Assembly (NCBI GenBank): GCA_964360965.1
Contig: CAYHYM010000008.1
Coordinates: 1 to 31,277 of the forward strand
Direction of reading: 5' to 3'
DNA from: an uncultured Gammaproteobacteria bacterium
GTDB lineage: Bacteria > Patescibacteriota > Microgenomatia > Daviesbacterales > UBA10151
DNA length: 31,277 nucleotides
In this document: positions 17,142-24,649 of the stretch, piece by piece
How the letters are laid out: each line of letters opens with the position of its first letter
Numbering within the stretch: the stretch's first letter is position 1
Position numbers and translations under genes: made by a program
Notes under the pieces: model-generated
Told to the model about the DNA's origin: nothing
The model's input: the letters and a program-made list of their open reading frames with translations, nothing else
Database searches by the model: none

Positions 17142-18463
17142 TTTATCTTTTTTAGTTCCTGTTTAAATATCACTACCAAGTATAAGAAAAAAATGATATT
17201 TAAAACAACTAAAAATTTCTCCACAATATGATTGGATAAAATCCCAACTATAAAGTTCCATCTTGGAAACCACCAAAAATGATAAAGATTTATAAAATGT
17301 ATTAGAGAAAGCGATATAAAAATCCACATATATTTTTTATTTAAGCCCACTAGCGACACTAGAAGTAAAAGTGTTGGGTAAAAATATCTCTCATGCATTC
17401 TTGGTAAGAATAAAAAAGCAGCAAAGGAGATAATGGTAGTCAGAAGAATAACTATTTGATTGTTGTATCTTTTCTGCATTCCTAGAAAAATGCTTAGAGC
17501 CAAAACCGCAAATATAGTATTACCTACTGCATAAACTGGTATTCCCAAGAATAGTGACGTGTCTGGCTTGTTATCAAATCCAAATATCAACGCCCAAAAG
17601 TTAAAGGCATTAGCCACAATATAAGATAATTCTCCTCCCAAACTTCTTTGGTAGAAACTCAAAATCCAAGGTAATAAATTTTGTGGATGAAATGGTAAAT
17701 AAAGCGCTATTGGAAGTAATAAAAAAATTATAACGTTTTTAAGAAGTGTTCGCCCACTTCTTAACCAACCAATGATAAGAATTGGAAAAGCAAAAAACGC
17801 TGTAGGCTTTGTTAAAATAGCCAAAGCATATAAAAATGTAGCAAAAATAAATTTTTTCTGGAAAAGATTTAAAAGAGAGGTCAATATAAAAAATCCGTAG
17901 ATACTATCTGTTTGCCCCCATAAAGCTGAATTATACCAAAATGGTGGTGAGAAAGCAAAGGATAAGGCCGAAACTATACCAGCTTTTCTGTTTTTTAATC
18001 TTTTCCCAATTTGATATAAAAAATAAATAATACCCAGATCAGCAAAAATAGCTGGTAATTTATTAAAAAAGTACCAACCTTTTTCAGATTCCAACCATAG
18101 AATAAAATTAGAGGGGAAAATGGGAATATATATGTTAAGCACCCAAGAAATCTTCAAAATCAATTGATGTAAACCTACTGATAGCCAAAAGATATAAGAA
18201 GTTACTGGAGGATAGGTTGGTCGCATAGCATTATCAATATTACGATCATAGAAACCTAATAATCCTTTTTCCCATAAATCTTTGGCCCACCAATAATAAT
18301 TGACAACATCACCATGTTCGCCCAAAAGGGCAATCGCGATTCTAAGAAGAAAGGCCGTAAAGATAATAGGAAATAATAATTTCACTTTAGACGTTAAAAA
18401 TCCCTTAATTTGGATAATGGCATTTCTTGTATTTCTTTCCAGAACCACAGTAACAGGGATCAT
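17138..18463 (-). CDS. GT-C fold membrane glycosyltransferase (DUF2029/Gpi18-like mannosyltransferase family)
   Basis: 441 aa, polytopic, with the loop GEHGDVVNYYWWAKDLW..YPPVTSY. The ATG at 18463 overlaps the secA 3' end by 59 nt. GTG at 18385 (V/MKLLFPIIFTAF) is a likely alternative start. Confidence 0.7.
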   Translation of the reverse strand: MIPVTVVLERNTRNAIIQIKGFLTSKVKLLFPIIFTAFLLRIAIALLGEHGDVVNYYWWAKDLWEKGLLGFYDRNIDNAMRPTYPPVTSYIFWLSVGLHQLILKISWVLNIYIPIFPSNFILWLESEKGWYFFNKLPAIFADLGIIYFLYQIGKRLKNRKAGIVSALSFAFSPPFWYNSALWGQTDSIYGFFILTSLLNLFQKKFIFATFLYALAILTKPTAFFAFPILIIGWLRSGRTLLKNVIIFLLLPIALYLPFHPQNLLPWILSFYQRSLGGELSYIVANAFNFWALIFGFDNKPDTSLFLGIPVYAVGNTIFAVLALSIFLGMQKRYNNQIVILLTTIISFAAFLFLPRMHERYFYPTLLLLVSLVGLNKKYMWIFISLSLIHFINLYHFWWFPRWNFIVGILSNHIVEKFLVVLNIIFFLYLVVIFKQELKKIK

Positions 18464-21125
18464 TTCTACCTATTTTTTGGTGATGAATTGACCCCCCACT
18501 ATCTAAAACTTCTTGACCTATTACCTGTCCCCCCCTTTCAATAGTTACTTTGGTTTCCCCTTCTTGAGATTCTATCGGTCGCTGTGCTCCCTCCAGAATG
18601 ACAGGAGAAACCTGTGGACGGATTTCCACTCCTTGCGGCATATTCCCCATCTGAACTCTAGCCTGACCCTGCATTGCCACCTTAAAAATTCTATGAACAA
18701 TCTCAAAATCAATCTCCATCATCATTTTTTCAAATAAATCAAAAGCTTCTCTTTTATATTCAATCAAAGGATCTCTTCCAGCATAACCACGCAGCCCAAT
18801 TCCTGCTCTCAGATCATCCATGGTGTCTAAATGCTGGGTCCATAAAATATCCATGGTATCCAGGCAAACAATTACTTCCCAGTCTCTGGCATTATCTTGA
18901 CCAATCCTTTCCTCCAGCTGATAATATGCTTCTTTTGAAAGAGAAGTTAAAAACTCAATTACCTGATCCGTATTTTGATAACTTTTGACTTGCTTCTCAA
19001 TTTTGTCCCGGGTACTCCCGTCAATTAGCACAATGGTGGTAAATTCCTCAACTATTTTTTTAGTATCTACTCCCACCTCAACTTTTGAAAGAATAATATT
19101 GTTAATCTCTTTTTCAACTTTGTCTAAAATTTCTTTTTTTAAAGTATCATCTTTAAATTGCGCAGCTTTTAACACCTGTACTCTTGCATCATAAATAATC
19201 TGGCGCTGCTGATTCATCACATCATCATATTCAACAGTATGCTTTCTGATATCAAAATTGTGACCCTCTACCTTTTTTTGGGCACCTTCTATGGCTTTTG
19301 AAACCATGGAATGCTCAATGGGAACATCCTCGGGCATTTTAAGAAAATCCATTACCTTAGAAACTTGCTCGCCGCCAAATATTCTCATCAGGTCATCTTC
19401 CAAAGAAACAAAAAAATGGCTGGTACCGGCATCACCTTGTCTGCCTGATCTGCCCCGCAACTGGTTATCAATTCTTCTTGATTCATGCCTCTCAGTGCCA
19501 ATAACATAAAGCCCGCCCAGCTCTAAAGTCCCTTTGCCAAGTTTGATATCAACACCTCTTCCGGCCATATTGGTGGCCACAGTCACCACCCCTCTCTCTC
19601 CTGCACGTGATATAATTTCTGCCTCCTTCTCGTGATTTTTGGCATTTAAAAGCGCATGAGGAATACCCTTTCTTTTAATAAGCTCTGATAAAAATTCATT
19701 TTTCTCAATAGAGGTGGTTCCAACCAAAACAGGCTGCCCTTTTTGGTGAAGATCTGATACCAGTTCTGCCACTGCTGAATATTTAGCCGTTTGGCTTTTA
19801 TATATTGCATCCGGTAAATCTTCTCTTATCATCTGCCTGTGGGTTAGAATAATCACCACATCAAGTTTATAAATTTTATGGAATTCTTCAGCTTCTGTGG
19901 CAGCAGTACCGGTCATGCCGGCAAGTTTTTGATACATTCTGAAATAATTTTGAAAAGAGATCGTAGCCAGGGTTTTTGACTCCTGTTGAATTTGGACATT
20001 TTCTTTTGCCTCGATTGCCTGATGCAAACCCTCGCTGTAGCGGCGACCAAGCATCAGTCTTCCTGTAAACTCATCCACAATTATCACCTCTCCCTCTTTT
20101 ACCACATAATCTCTGTCTTTTTGGAATAACGTTTTGGCCTTTAAAGCTTGTTCCAAATGATGCAGAGTGGAAAAATCTTTTTCATAAAGATTTTCAACCC
20201 CTAAAATTTTTTCAATTTTTAAAACGCCATGTTCTGTTAAATTGGCGCTTTTTAGCTTTTCATCAACCACATAATCTGTATCAGCTGACAGGTTATCAAC
20301 CAGTTTGGCAAACTGATAATATTTTTCTGTGGGTTCCTCAGCAGGAGCAGAAATTATCAGTGGGGTCCTTGCTTCATCTATTAAAATGGAATCAACCTCA
20401 TCAACAACAGCGAAAAAATGCCCTCCTTGACCATCCGGCCCGCTCCGCCGCGAGGCGAGCAGCCGGGTCTGCACCTGATCAGAAAGCCTATGTACCATAT
20501 TATCCCGCAAATAATCAAAACCAAACTCATTGTTAGTTCCATAAGTAATATCTGCCTCATAAGCCTGCCGGCGGGTGATGGGACGTAAATGTTGCAGTCT
20601 TTTATCATCATGAACAGTCTCTTTATATTTTGGATCATAAAGATAAGCTTCCTCATGAACAATGGTGGCACAACTTGCTCCCAGAGCATGATAGATTGGC
20701 CCCATCCAGCCGCAATCACGCCTGGCCAAATAATCATTGACAGTAATCAGATGCACTCCTTTTCCTGCTATGGCATTTAAAAAAAGAGTGGGGGCGGCAG
20801 ATAAAGTTTTACCCTCTCCTGTTTTTTGTTCGGCAATTTTACCCTGATGCAAAACTGCTGCCGCCAAAAGTTGAACATCAAAGTGACGCTCGCCAATTGT
20901 TCTTTTGGCTGCCTCACGAACAGTGGCAAAAACTTCCGGTAAAAGATCATCTAAACTTTTCCCTTTTTCATATTCTTTCTTAAAAAGGGAAAATTTATCT
21001 TTAAGTTGAACGGTTGTTAGTTTTGAGATTTTTTTTTCCAAACCATTGATTACCTCAATCAAAGGTTTAAGTTTATTTATTTCTCTTTCGTTTGAATCAA
21101 GAAGTTTCCCCAAAAAATCTAACAT
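18405..21125 (-). CDS. secA: Preprotein translocase ATPase SecA
   Basis: MLDFLGKLLDSNEREI.., Walker A QKTGEGKTL, DEAD-like VDEVDSILIDEARTPLIIS and the C-terminal zinc finger CYCGSGKKYKKCH. I use the ATG at 21125, not the track TTG at 21131. Confidence 0.95.
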   Translation of the reverse strand: MLDFLGKLLDSNEREINKLKPLIEVINGLEKKISKLTTVQLKDKFSLFKKEYEKGKSLDDLLPEVFATVREAAKRTIGERHFDVQLLAAAVLHQGKIAEQKTGEGKTLSAAPTLFLNAIAGKGVHLITVNDYLARRDCGWMGPIYHALGASCATIVHEEAYLYDPKYKETVHDDKRLQHLRPITRRQAYEADITYGTNNEFGFDYLRDNMVHRLSDQVQTRLLASRRSGPDGQGGHFFAVVDEVDSILIDEARTPLIISAPAEEPTEKYYQFAKLVDNLSADTDYVVDEKLKSANLTEHGVLKIEKILGVENLYEKDFSTLHHLEQALKAKTLFQKDRDYVVKEGEVIIVDEFTGRLMLGRRYSEGLHQAIEAKENVQIQQESKTLATISFQNYFRMYQKLAGMTGTAATEAEEFHKIYKLDVVIILTHRQMIREDLPDAIYKSQTAKYSAVAELVSDLHQKGQPVLVGTTSIEKNEFLSELIKRKGIPHALLNAKNHEKEAEIISRAGERGVVTVATNMAGRGVDIKLGKGTLELGGLYVIGTERHESRRIDNQLRGRSGRQGDAGTSHFFVSLEDDLMRIFGGEQVSKVMDFLKMPEDVPIEHSMVSKAIEGAQKKVEGHNFDIRKHTVEYDDVMNQQRQIIYDARVQVLKAAQFKDDTLKKEILDKVEKEINNIILSKVEVGVDTKKIVEEFTTIVLIDGSTRDKIEKQVKSYQNTDQVIEFLTSLSKEAYYQLEERIGQDNARDWEVIVCLDTMDILWTQHLDTMDDLRAGIGLRGYAGRDPLIEYKREAFDLFEKMMMEIDFEIVHRIFKVAMQGQARVQMGNMPQGVEIRPQVSPVILEGAQRPIESQEGETKVTIERGGQVIGQEVLDSGGSIHHQKIGRNDPCYCGSGKKYKKCHYPN
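20435..20467. repeat. GC-rich imperfect palindrome embedded in-frame in secA
   Basis: ccggcccgctccgccgcgaggcgagcagccggg has 29 of 33 bases G/C in an AT-rich gene. Arms ccggc/gccgg, gct/agc and cgcc/ggcg surround a gcga loop. Confidence 0.6.
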
Positions 21126-21133
21126 GTTCAATA

Positions 21134-21141
21134 ATTATACA
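21134..21141 (-). promoter_or_regulatory. -10 promoter element TGTATAAT, 8 nt upstream of the secA ATG
   Basis: The reverse complement of 21126-21141 is tgtataat + tattgaac, followed by the ATG (21125). No SD sequence. Confidence 0.5.
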
Positions 21142-21146
21142 GGTTA

Positions 21147-21176
21147 TTGACAAATAAGTATTTATTCTTTTATAGT
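21147..21176 (+). promoter_or_regulatory. Sigma70-type promoter TTGACA-N18-TATAGT for the Pro-rich protein gene
   Basis: TTGACA at 21147-21152 and TATAGT at 21171-21176, with the ATG at 21201. The track's TTG start at 21147 is the -35 hexamer itself. Confidence 0.5.
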
Positions 21177-21200
21177 AAGTTTACAAAAATTTTCTTGCCC

Positions 21201-22091
21201 ATGAATCCCAACAACCCTGATCCAAACAATCCAAATAACCCTTCAAATCCTCCTTCAGCACAGGCTGATTTAACTTCACTGCCATCCGATCAAACAGAAG
21301 CTCCACCGAAAGATACACCATGGCCACAAACTCCTACTCCACCGCCATCAGAACCAGTATCACAACCCCAGCAAGACTGGATACCCACCTCACCTACTCC
21401 TGCTCCTACTCCTTTAACTCCTGGACCTACCTTTACCCCACCATTTCCTTCTCCAATAGATACTCCGACAACTCCTCCACCTACACCTACATCAGTAAAT
21501 GAACCGTCTCCTCTTGATAATCCCTGGGGAGCCCCTTCTCAGCCTCCTGCTATTGACCACAACTTAACTACTCCTGGGCAGCCATCAATTTCCATTGAGG
21601 ATTTATATAAACCTGAATCTGATCAAACTCCTTCTCAACATGAAATGGCGCCAACAGATTTATCTCAACTGGCAACTGATAAAACTTTTATTGAACCTCC
21701 TCCTGTTTATACCCCTCCTTTCTCTCAACCGGAAACTTTGGTAGTGCCTCCAACAGGAAGTAATGAGGCAGTGGTAACCAATCTTCCTGCCGGTGAGGGA
21801 GGGGGAATACCCAAATGGGTGATCGGTATAGGTGTATCTTTAGTTGTATTGGTAGCCGGATTATCAGGTTATTTTATTTTAGGTATTGGGCAAAAGTCTC
21901 AAGAGGAACAATCAACCAGTCTGCCGGCTAAAGGACAGCAACAATTAACAACACCCACTCAAATTACCCCTCCTCCAAAACCAACTCCTCCTGCCAGCAG
22001 CCCATCCTCATTTGGCCAACTTGATGGAGGTACAACTCCACCTCCTGCCACCTCTGCAGCAGATCTCCTTCGCCAAAGACAGGGAAGGTAA
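21201..22091 (+). CDS. Pro/Thr/Ser-rich low-complexity membrane protein
   Basis: MNPNNPDPNNPNNPSNPP.. then a long P/T/S-rich region, a single TM (WVIGIGVSLVVLVAGLSGYFILGIG) and a P-rich tail. No recognisable domain. Confidence 0.6.
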   Translation: MNPNNPDPNNPNNPSNPPSAQADLTSLPSDQTEAPPKDTPWPQTPTPPPSEPVSQPQQDWIPTSPTPAPTPLTPGPTFTPPFPSPIDTPTTPPPTPTSVNEPSPLDNPWGAPSQPPAIDHNLTTPGQPSISIEDLYKPESDQTPSQHEMAPTDLSQLATDKTFIEPPPVYTPPFSQPETLVVPPTGSNEAVVTNLPAGEGGGIPKWVIGIGVSLVVLVAGLSGYFILGIGQKSQEEQSTSLPAKGQQQLTTPTQITPPPKPTPPASSPSSFGQLDGGTTPPPATSAADLLRQRQGR

Positions 22092-22092
22092 A

Positions 22093-23331
22093 CTATTTCG
22101 GTTTAATCTCCGAAAAATTAGTATATTTTTGTAAAACTTCAGGAATTTTTACGGAACCATCCTCAGCTTGGAAATTTTCCAAGAGGGGAATCAAAATCCT
22201 GGGGGAGGCGATAGCGGTATTATTTAAGGCATGACAAAATTTTATCTTCCCATCCTTGTCCCTGTACCTAATTTTTAATCTCCTTGTCTGAAAATCAAAA
22301 GCAACAGAATTTGAATGAGTCTCACCATAACTTTCTCTTCCACTCATCCATGTTTCAATATCATAAGTTACTACAAATTTTTTTGGCATATCTTCAGATG
22401 ATAAACAGACCACTTGATAGGGAAGTCCAAGCTCTTGTAAAATTTCCTCACTATTGTCTTGCAGTTCTTCAAAAAAACCTAGTGATTGTTGTTCATTGTT
22501 TTCACACAAAATGAGCTGTTCAACTTTATAAAATTCGTGCACCCTATATAATCCTTTAGTATCTTTACCATATGATCCTACTTCAGTTCTATAACAAGCA
22601 GATATTCCAACATATTTTTTTGGTAAGTCTTTAATATCCAAAACTTCATTAGAATGCATCGCCATCAAAGAAACTTCGGCTGTTCCAGTCAGCCATAAAT
22701 CTTCCTCACTCTCAAATTTAAAAGTTTCTTCTTTTCCCCAGGGAAACTGCCCAGCTCCTTCCAGGGCAAAACCCCTAACAACTGTGGGTGGGATAACCAA
22801 TTGATATCCCTTACTCACGATATGATCCAAAGCATAGTTTAATATGGCCAGCTGCAACATCGCTCCCTCATTTTTTAAAAAATAGCCTCTAAAACCAGAA
22901 ACTTTCACTCCCCTATCAAAATCAATAATATCCAGCATCTTTCCTAGTTCTATATGATCGCGGGGTTTGAAATTAAATTTTGGAGGTTCACCACTTTTTC
23001 TAACAACTTTATTTAAAGATATATCCCCTATTGGCACCTCATCAAGCAAAATATTGGGGATTTGTAGCATCAAATCATACCAGTTTTTTTCTGCATCATC
23101 TAGCTGTTTTTCCAGACCACCCAGCTCTTCTTTAATCTTTCTACCAACTTCAATATCTTTAACTTTTGCTGCTTCATTTCTTTTGGCTCTTAAATCATCA
23201 ACTTTTTGGATCAGATCTCTTCTTTGATCATCAAGTTGTAAAAGTTTATCCAAATCCACTGCGGTCTTTCTGGACTCAGCAGATTTTTTAACTAATTCTT
23301 TATTTTCCCGAATGTAATTAATGTCCAACAT
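22093..23331 (-). CDS. serS: Seryl-tRNA synthetase
   Basis: MLDINYIRENKELV.. coiled-coil arm plus class II core (..YRTEVGSYGKDTKGLYRVHEF.K.E.., ..NNTAIASPRILIPLLEN). ATG at 23331 preferred over GTG at 23367. Confidence 0.93.
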   Translation of the reverse strand: MLDINYIRENKELVKKSAESRKTAVDLDKLLQLDDQRRDLIQKVDDLRAKRNEAAKVKDIEVGRKIKEELGGLEKQLDDAEKNWYDLMLQIPNILLDEVPIGDISLNKVVRKSGEPPKFNFKPRDHIELGKMLDIIDFDRGVKVSGFRGYFLKNEGAMLQLAILNYALDHIVSKGYQLVIPPTVVRGFALEGAGQFPWGKEETFKFESEEDLWLTGTAEVSLMAMHSNEVLDIKDLPKKYVGISACYRTEVGSYGKDTKGLYRVHEFYKVEQLILCENNEQQSLGFFEELQDNSEEILQELGLPYQVVCLSSEDMPKKFVVTYDIETWMSGRESYGETHSNSVAFDFQTRRLKIRYRDKDGKIKFCHALNNTAIASPRILIPLLENFQAEDGSVKIPEVLQKYTNFSEIKPK

Positions 23332-23932
23332 CTTTTTGCCATCCTCTTTCCGGCTCAACACTATCACTCATGATAAGATCCACAGCTTTTTTGTGCCAGT
23401 CAAATTTTGTTAAATGATACACCTGCTTAAAATATTTTAACGCATCTTGAGCTCCCGGTACACCCTTGGCTTGAGCTAAAGCATCTAAATTATCAGCTGC
23501 TTTAACAACTCTAGCTTCTACTGTCTTTCTTTCATTATATTCTTCTATTAATTCTATAATTTCTTCTTTGCACCCCAAATCAGCTACCAGTGCTTTCACT
23601 CCTTCTTCTTCAATATTTTTAAATACTCCCCCGGCCATCCCTTTAACAAAAGTCCCCACATCTCCAACAATAGTTTCTCCAATATCATGGACTAATCCCA
23701 TCTTTAAAACTTTATCAGCATCAACTCCAATCCCCTCTTTTCGTAATTGCTTGGCCAGGAAATATGCCAAAAGTGCAGTGGAGAAAGAGTGTGCTGCTAC
23801 AGAATCAGCCTCATTTCTTTTGAAGCCCATGGCAATAAAACCCTGCCTAGGTAGCTCCTTTGCCCATTGCAAAGTTAAAAAGACCTTGAGAATCTTCTTT
23901 AGGTCAATTGTTTTCATACACTTTTCTGTCAT
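23318..23932 (-). CDS. HD-superfamily phosphohydrolase (YfbR-like 5'-nucleotidase family)
   Basis: ESVAAHSF.. (first His) and LVHDIGETIVGDV (HD motif). The start may be the second ATG at 23917 (MKTIDL), because the first ATG lies inside a strong hairpin. Confidence 0.75.
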   Translation of the reverse strand: MTEKCMKTIDLKKILKVFLTLQWAKELPRQGFIAMGFKRNEADSVAAHSFSTALLAYFLAKQLRKEGIGVDADKVLKMGLVHDIGETIVGDVGTFVKGMAGGVFKNIEEEGVKALVADLGCKEEIIELIEEYNERKTVEARVVKAADNLDALAQAKGVPGAQDALKYFKQVYHLTKFDWHKKAVDLIMSDSVEPERGWQKDVGH

Positions 23933-23953
23933 TCCCGCGTATGCGGGGATGAC
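23928..23953. repeat. GC-rich REP-like palindrome (11-bp stem, 4-nt loop) between the two HD genes
   Basis: gtcattcccgc-gtat-gcggggatgac. It translates on the + strand as VIPAYAGMT, the signature seen when such palindromes are mis-called as ORFs. Confidence 0.6.
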
Positions 23954-23957
23954 AATA

Positions 23958-24620
23958 TCATAATCCTAACTCAGATGAAATCCCTTGCATGGCCTTTAAT
24001 GCTATTGCCACAAACTCTTCCAAAGGAATATTTAATTCCTTCTCGCACGCTAAAATTTGTTCTCTATTTGCTCCAGCAGCAAAAGATTTCTCTTTAAACC
24101 TTTTTAAAACTGACTCCACTGTAAGGGAAGCAAGTTTTTTATCAGGTCTAACCAATGCTGCAGCGGTAATTAATCCTGACAACTCATCTGCCGCATAAAC
24201 AGATCTTTCCATTAGATTTTCTCGAGATTCTTTTATACCATCATGGTGTGCTTTTATCCCATTTATAATTCTTTCTGATACTCCAAGCGGCCTTAACTTT
24301 TCCTCAGTAACCAGAGTATGGCGATCAGGGTCTTTCTCTACCAGTTCATAATCCGCATCATGCAGCAGTCCGACTATGGCCCATACCTCTTCATTAAACT
24401 CTTCCTCTTCAGGCTCCAGGTCTTCGACCCTGAGGTCCTCGACTCTGAGGCTCGGACTCGAAGAGCTCAGACCCGAAGGGGGGACGCCTTGGAGGCTTGA
24501 ATGGGTTTTCAGATACTTACATAAAGCTCCCATGATTGCTTCCACCGCTAATCCATGCTTTCTTAGGTTTACATTTTGTACCATCTCTATCAATAATTTA
24601 TATGCCTCATCTCTGGTCAT
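23958..24620 (-). CDS. HD/HDIG-domain metal-dependent phosphohydrolase carrying a ~31-aa low-complexity insertion
   Basis: LRKHGLAVEAIM.. and GLLHDADYE (HD motif), then KAHHDG. The insertion SSLQGVPPSGLSSSSPSLRVEDLRVEDLEP lies between the first His and the HD motif. Confidence 0.8.
   Translation of the reverse strand: MTRDEAYKLLIEMVQNVNLRKHGLAVEAIMGALCKYLKTHSSLQGVPPSGLSSSSPSLRVEDLRVEDLEPEEEEFNEEVWAIVGLLHDADYELVEKDPDRHTLVTEEKLRPLGVSERIINGIKAHHDGIKESRENLMERSVYAADELSGLITAAALVRPDKKLASLTVESVLKRFKEKSFAAGANREQILACEKELNIPLEEFVAIALKAMQGISSELGL
24420..24449. repeat. Two tandem 15-nt units (gtcttcgaccctgag / gtcctcgactctgag) encoding LRVED-LRVED
   Basis: Direct reading gives 13/15 identity, in frame within the HD gene insertion. 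Confidence 0.8.
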
Positions 24621-24649
24621 AGATCTTGGTATGATAGACTAATCTAGAC

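Noticed and set aside
18385-18463. 59-nt overlap between the first GT-C ORF and the secA zinc-finger coding region, considered as possible functional overlap or frameshift
   Set aside because: It is more simply explained by start-codon over-extension. GTG at 18385 gives a typical MKLLFPIIF.. membrane N-terminus 20 nt after the secA stop. I cannot decide without expression data.
21147-21200. N-terminal extension (MTNKYLFFYSKFTKIFLP) of the Pro-rich protein from a TTG start
   Set aside because: That TTG is the first base of a TTGACA -35 hexamer followed by TATAGT 18 nt later, so the extension is promoter DNA. ATG 21201 is used instead.
23568-23963. 131-aa + strand ORF ending in ..VIPAYAGMTIS
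   Set aside because: It is antisense to the HD gene, and its C-terminus is just the translation of the REP-like palindrome.
24420-24449. Tandem 15-nt repeats checked as a possible CRISPR or mini-array
   Set aside because: There are only two or three degenerate adjacent copies, no spacers, the repeats are in-frame inside a coding sequence and no cas genes are present.
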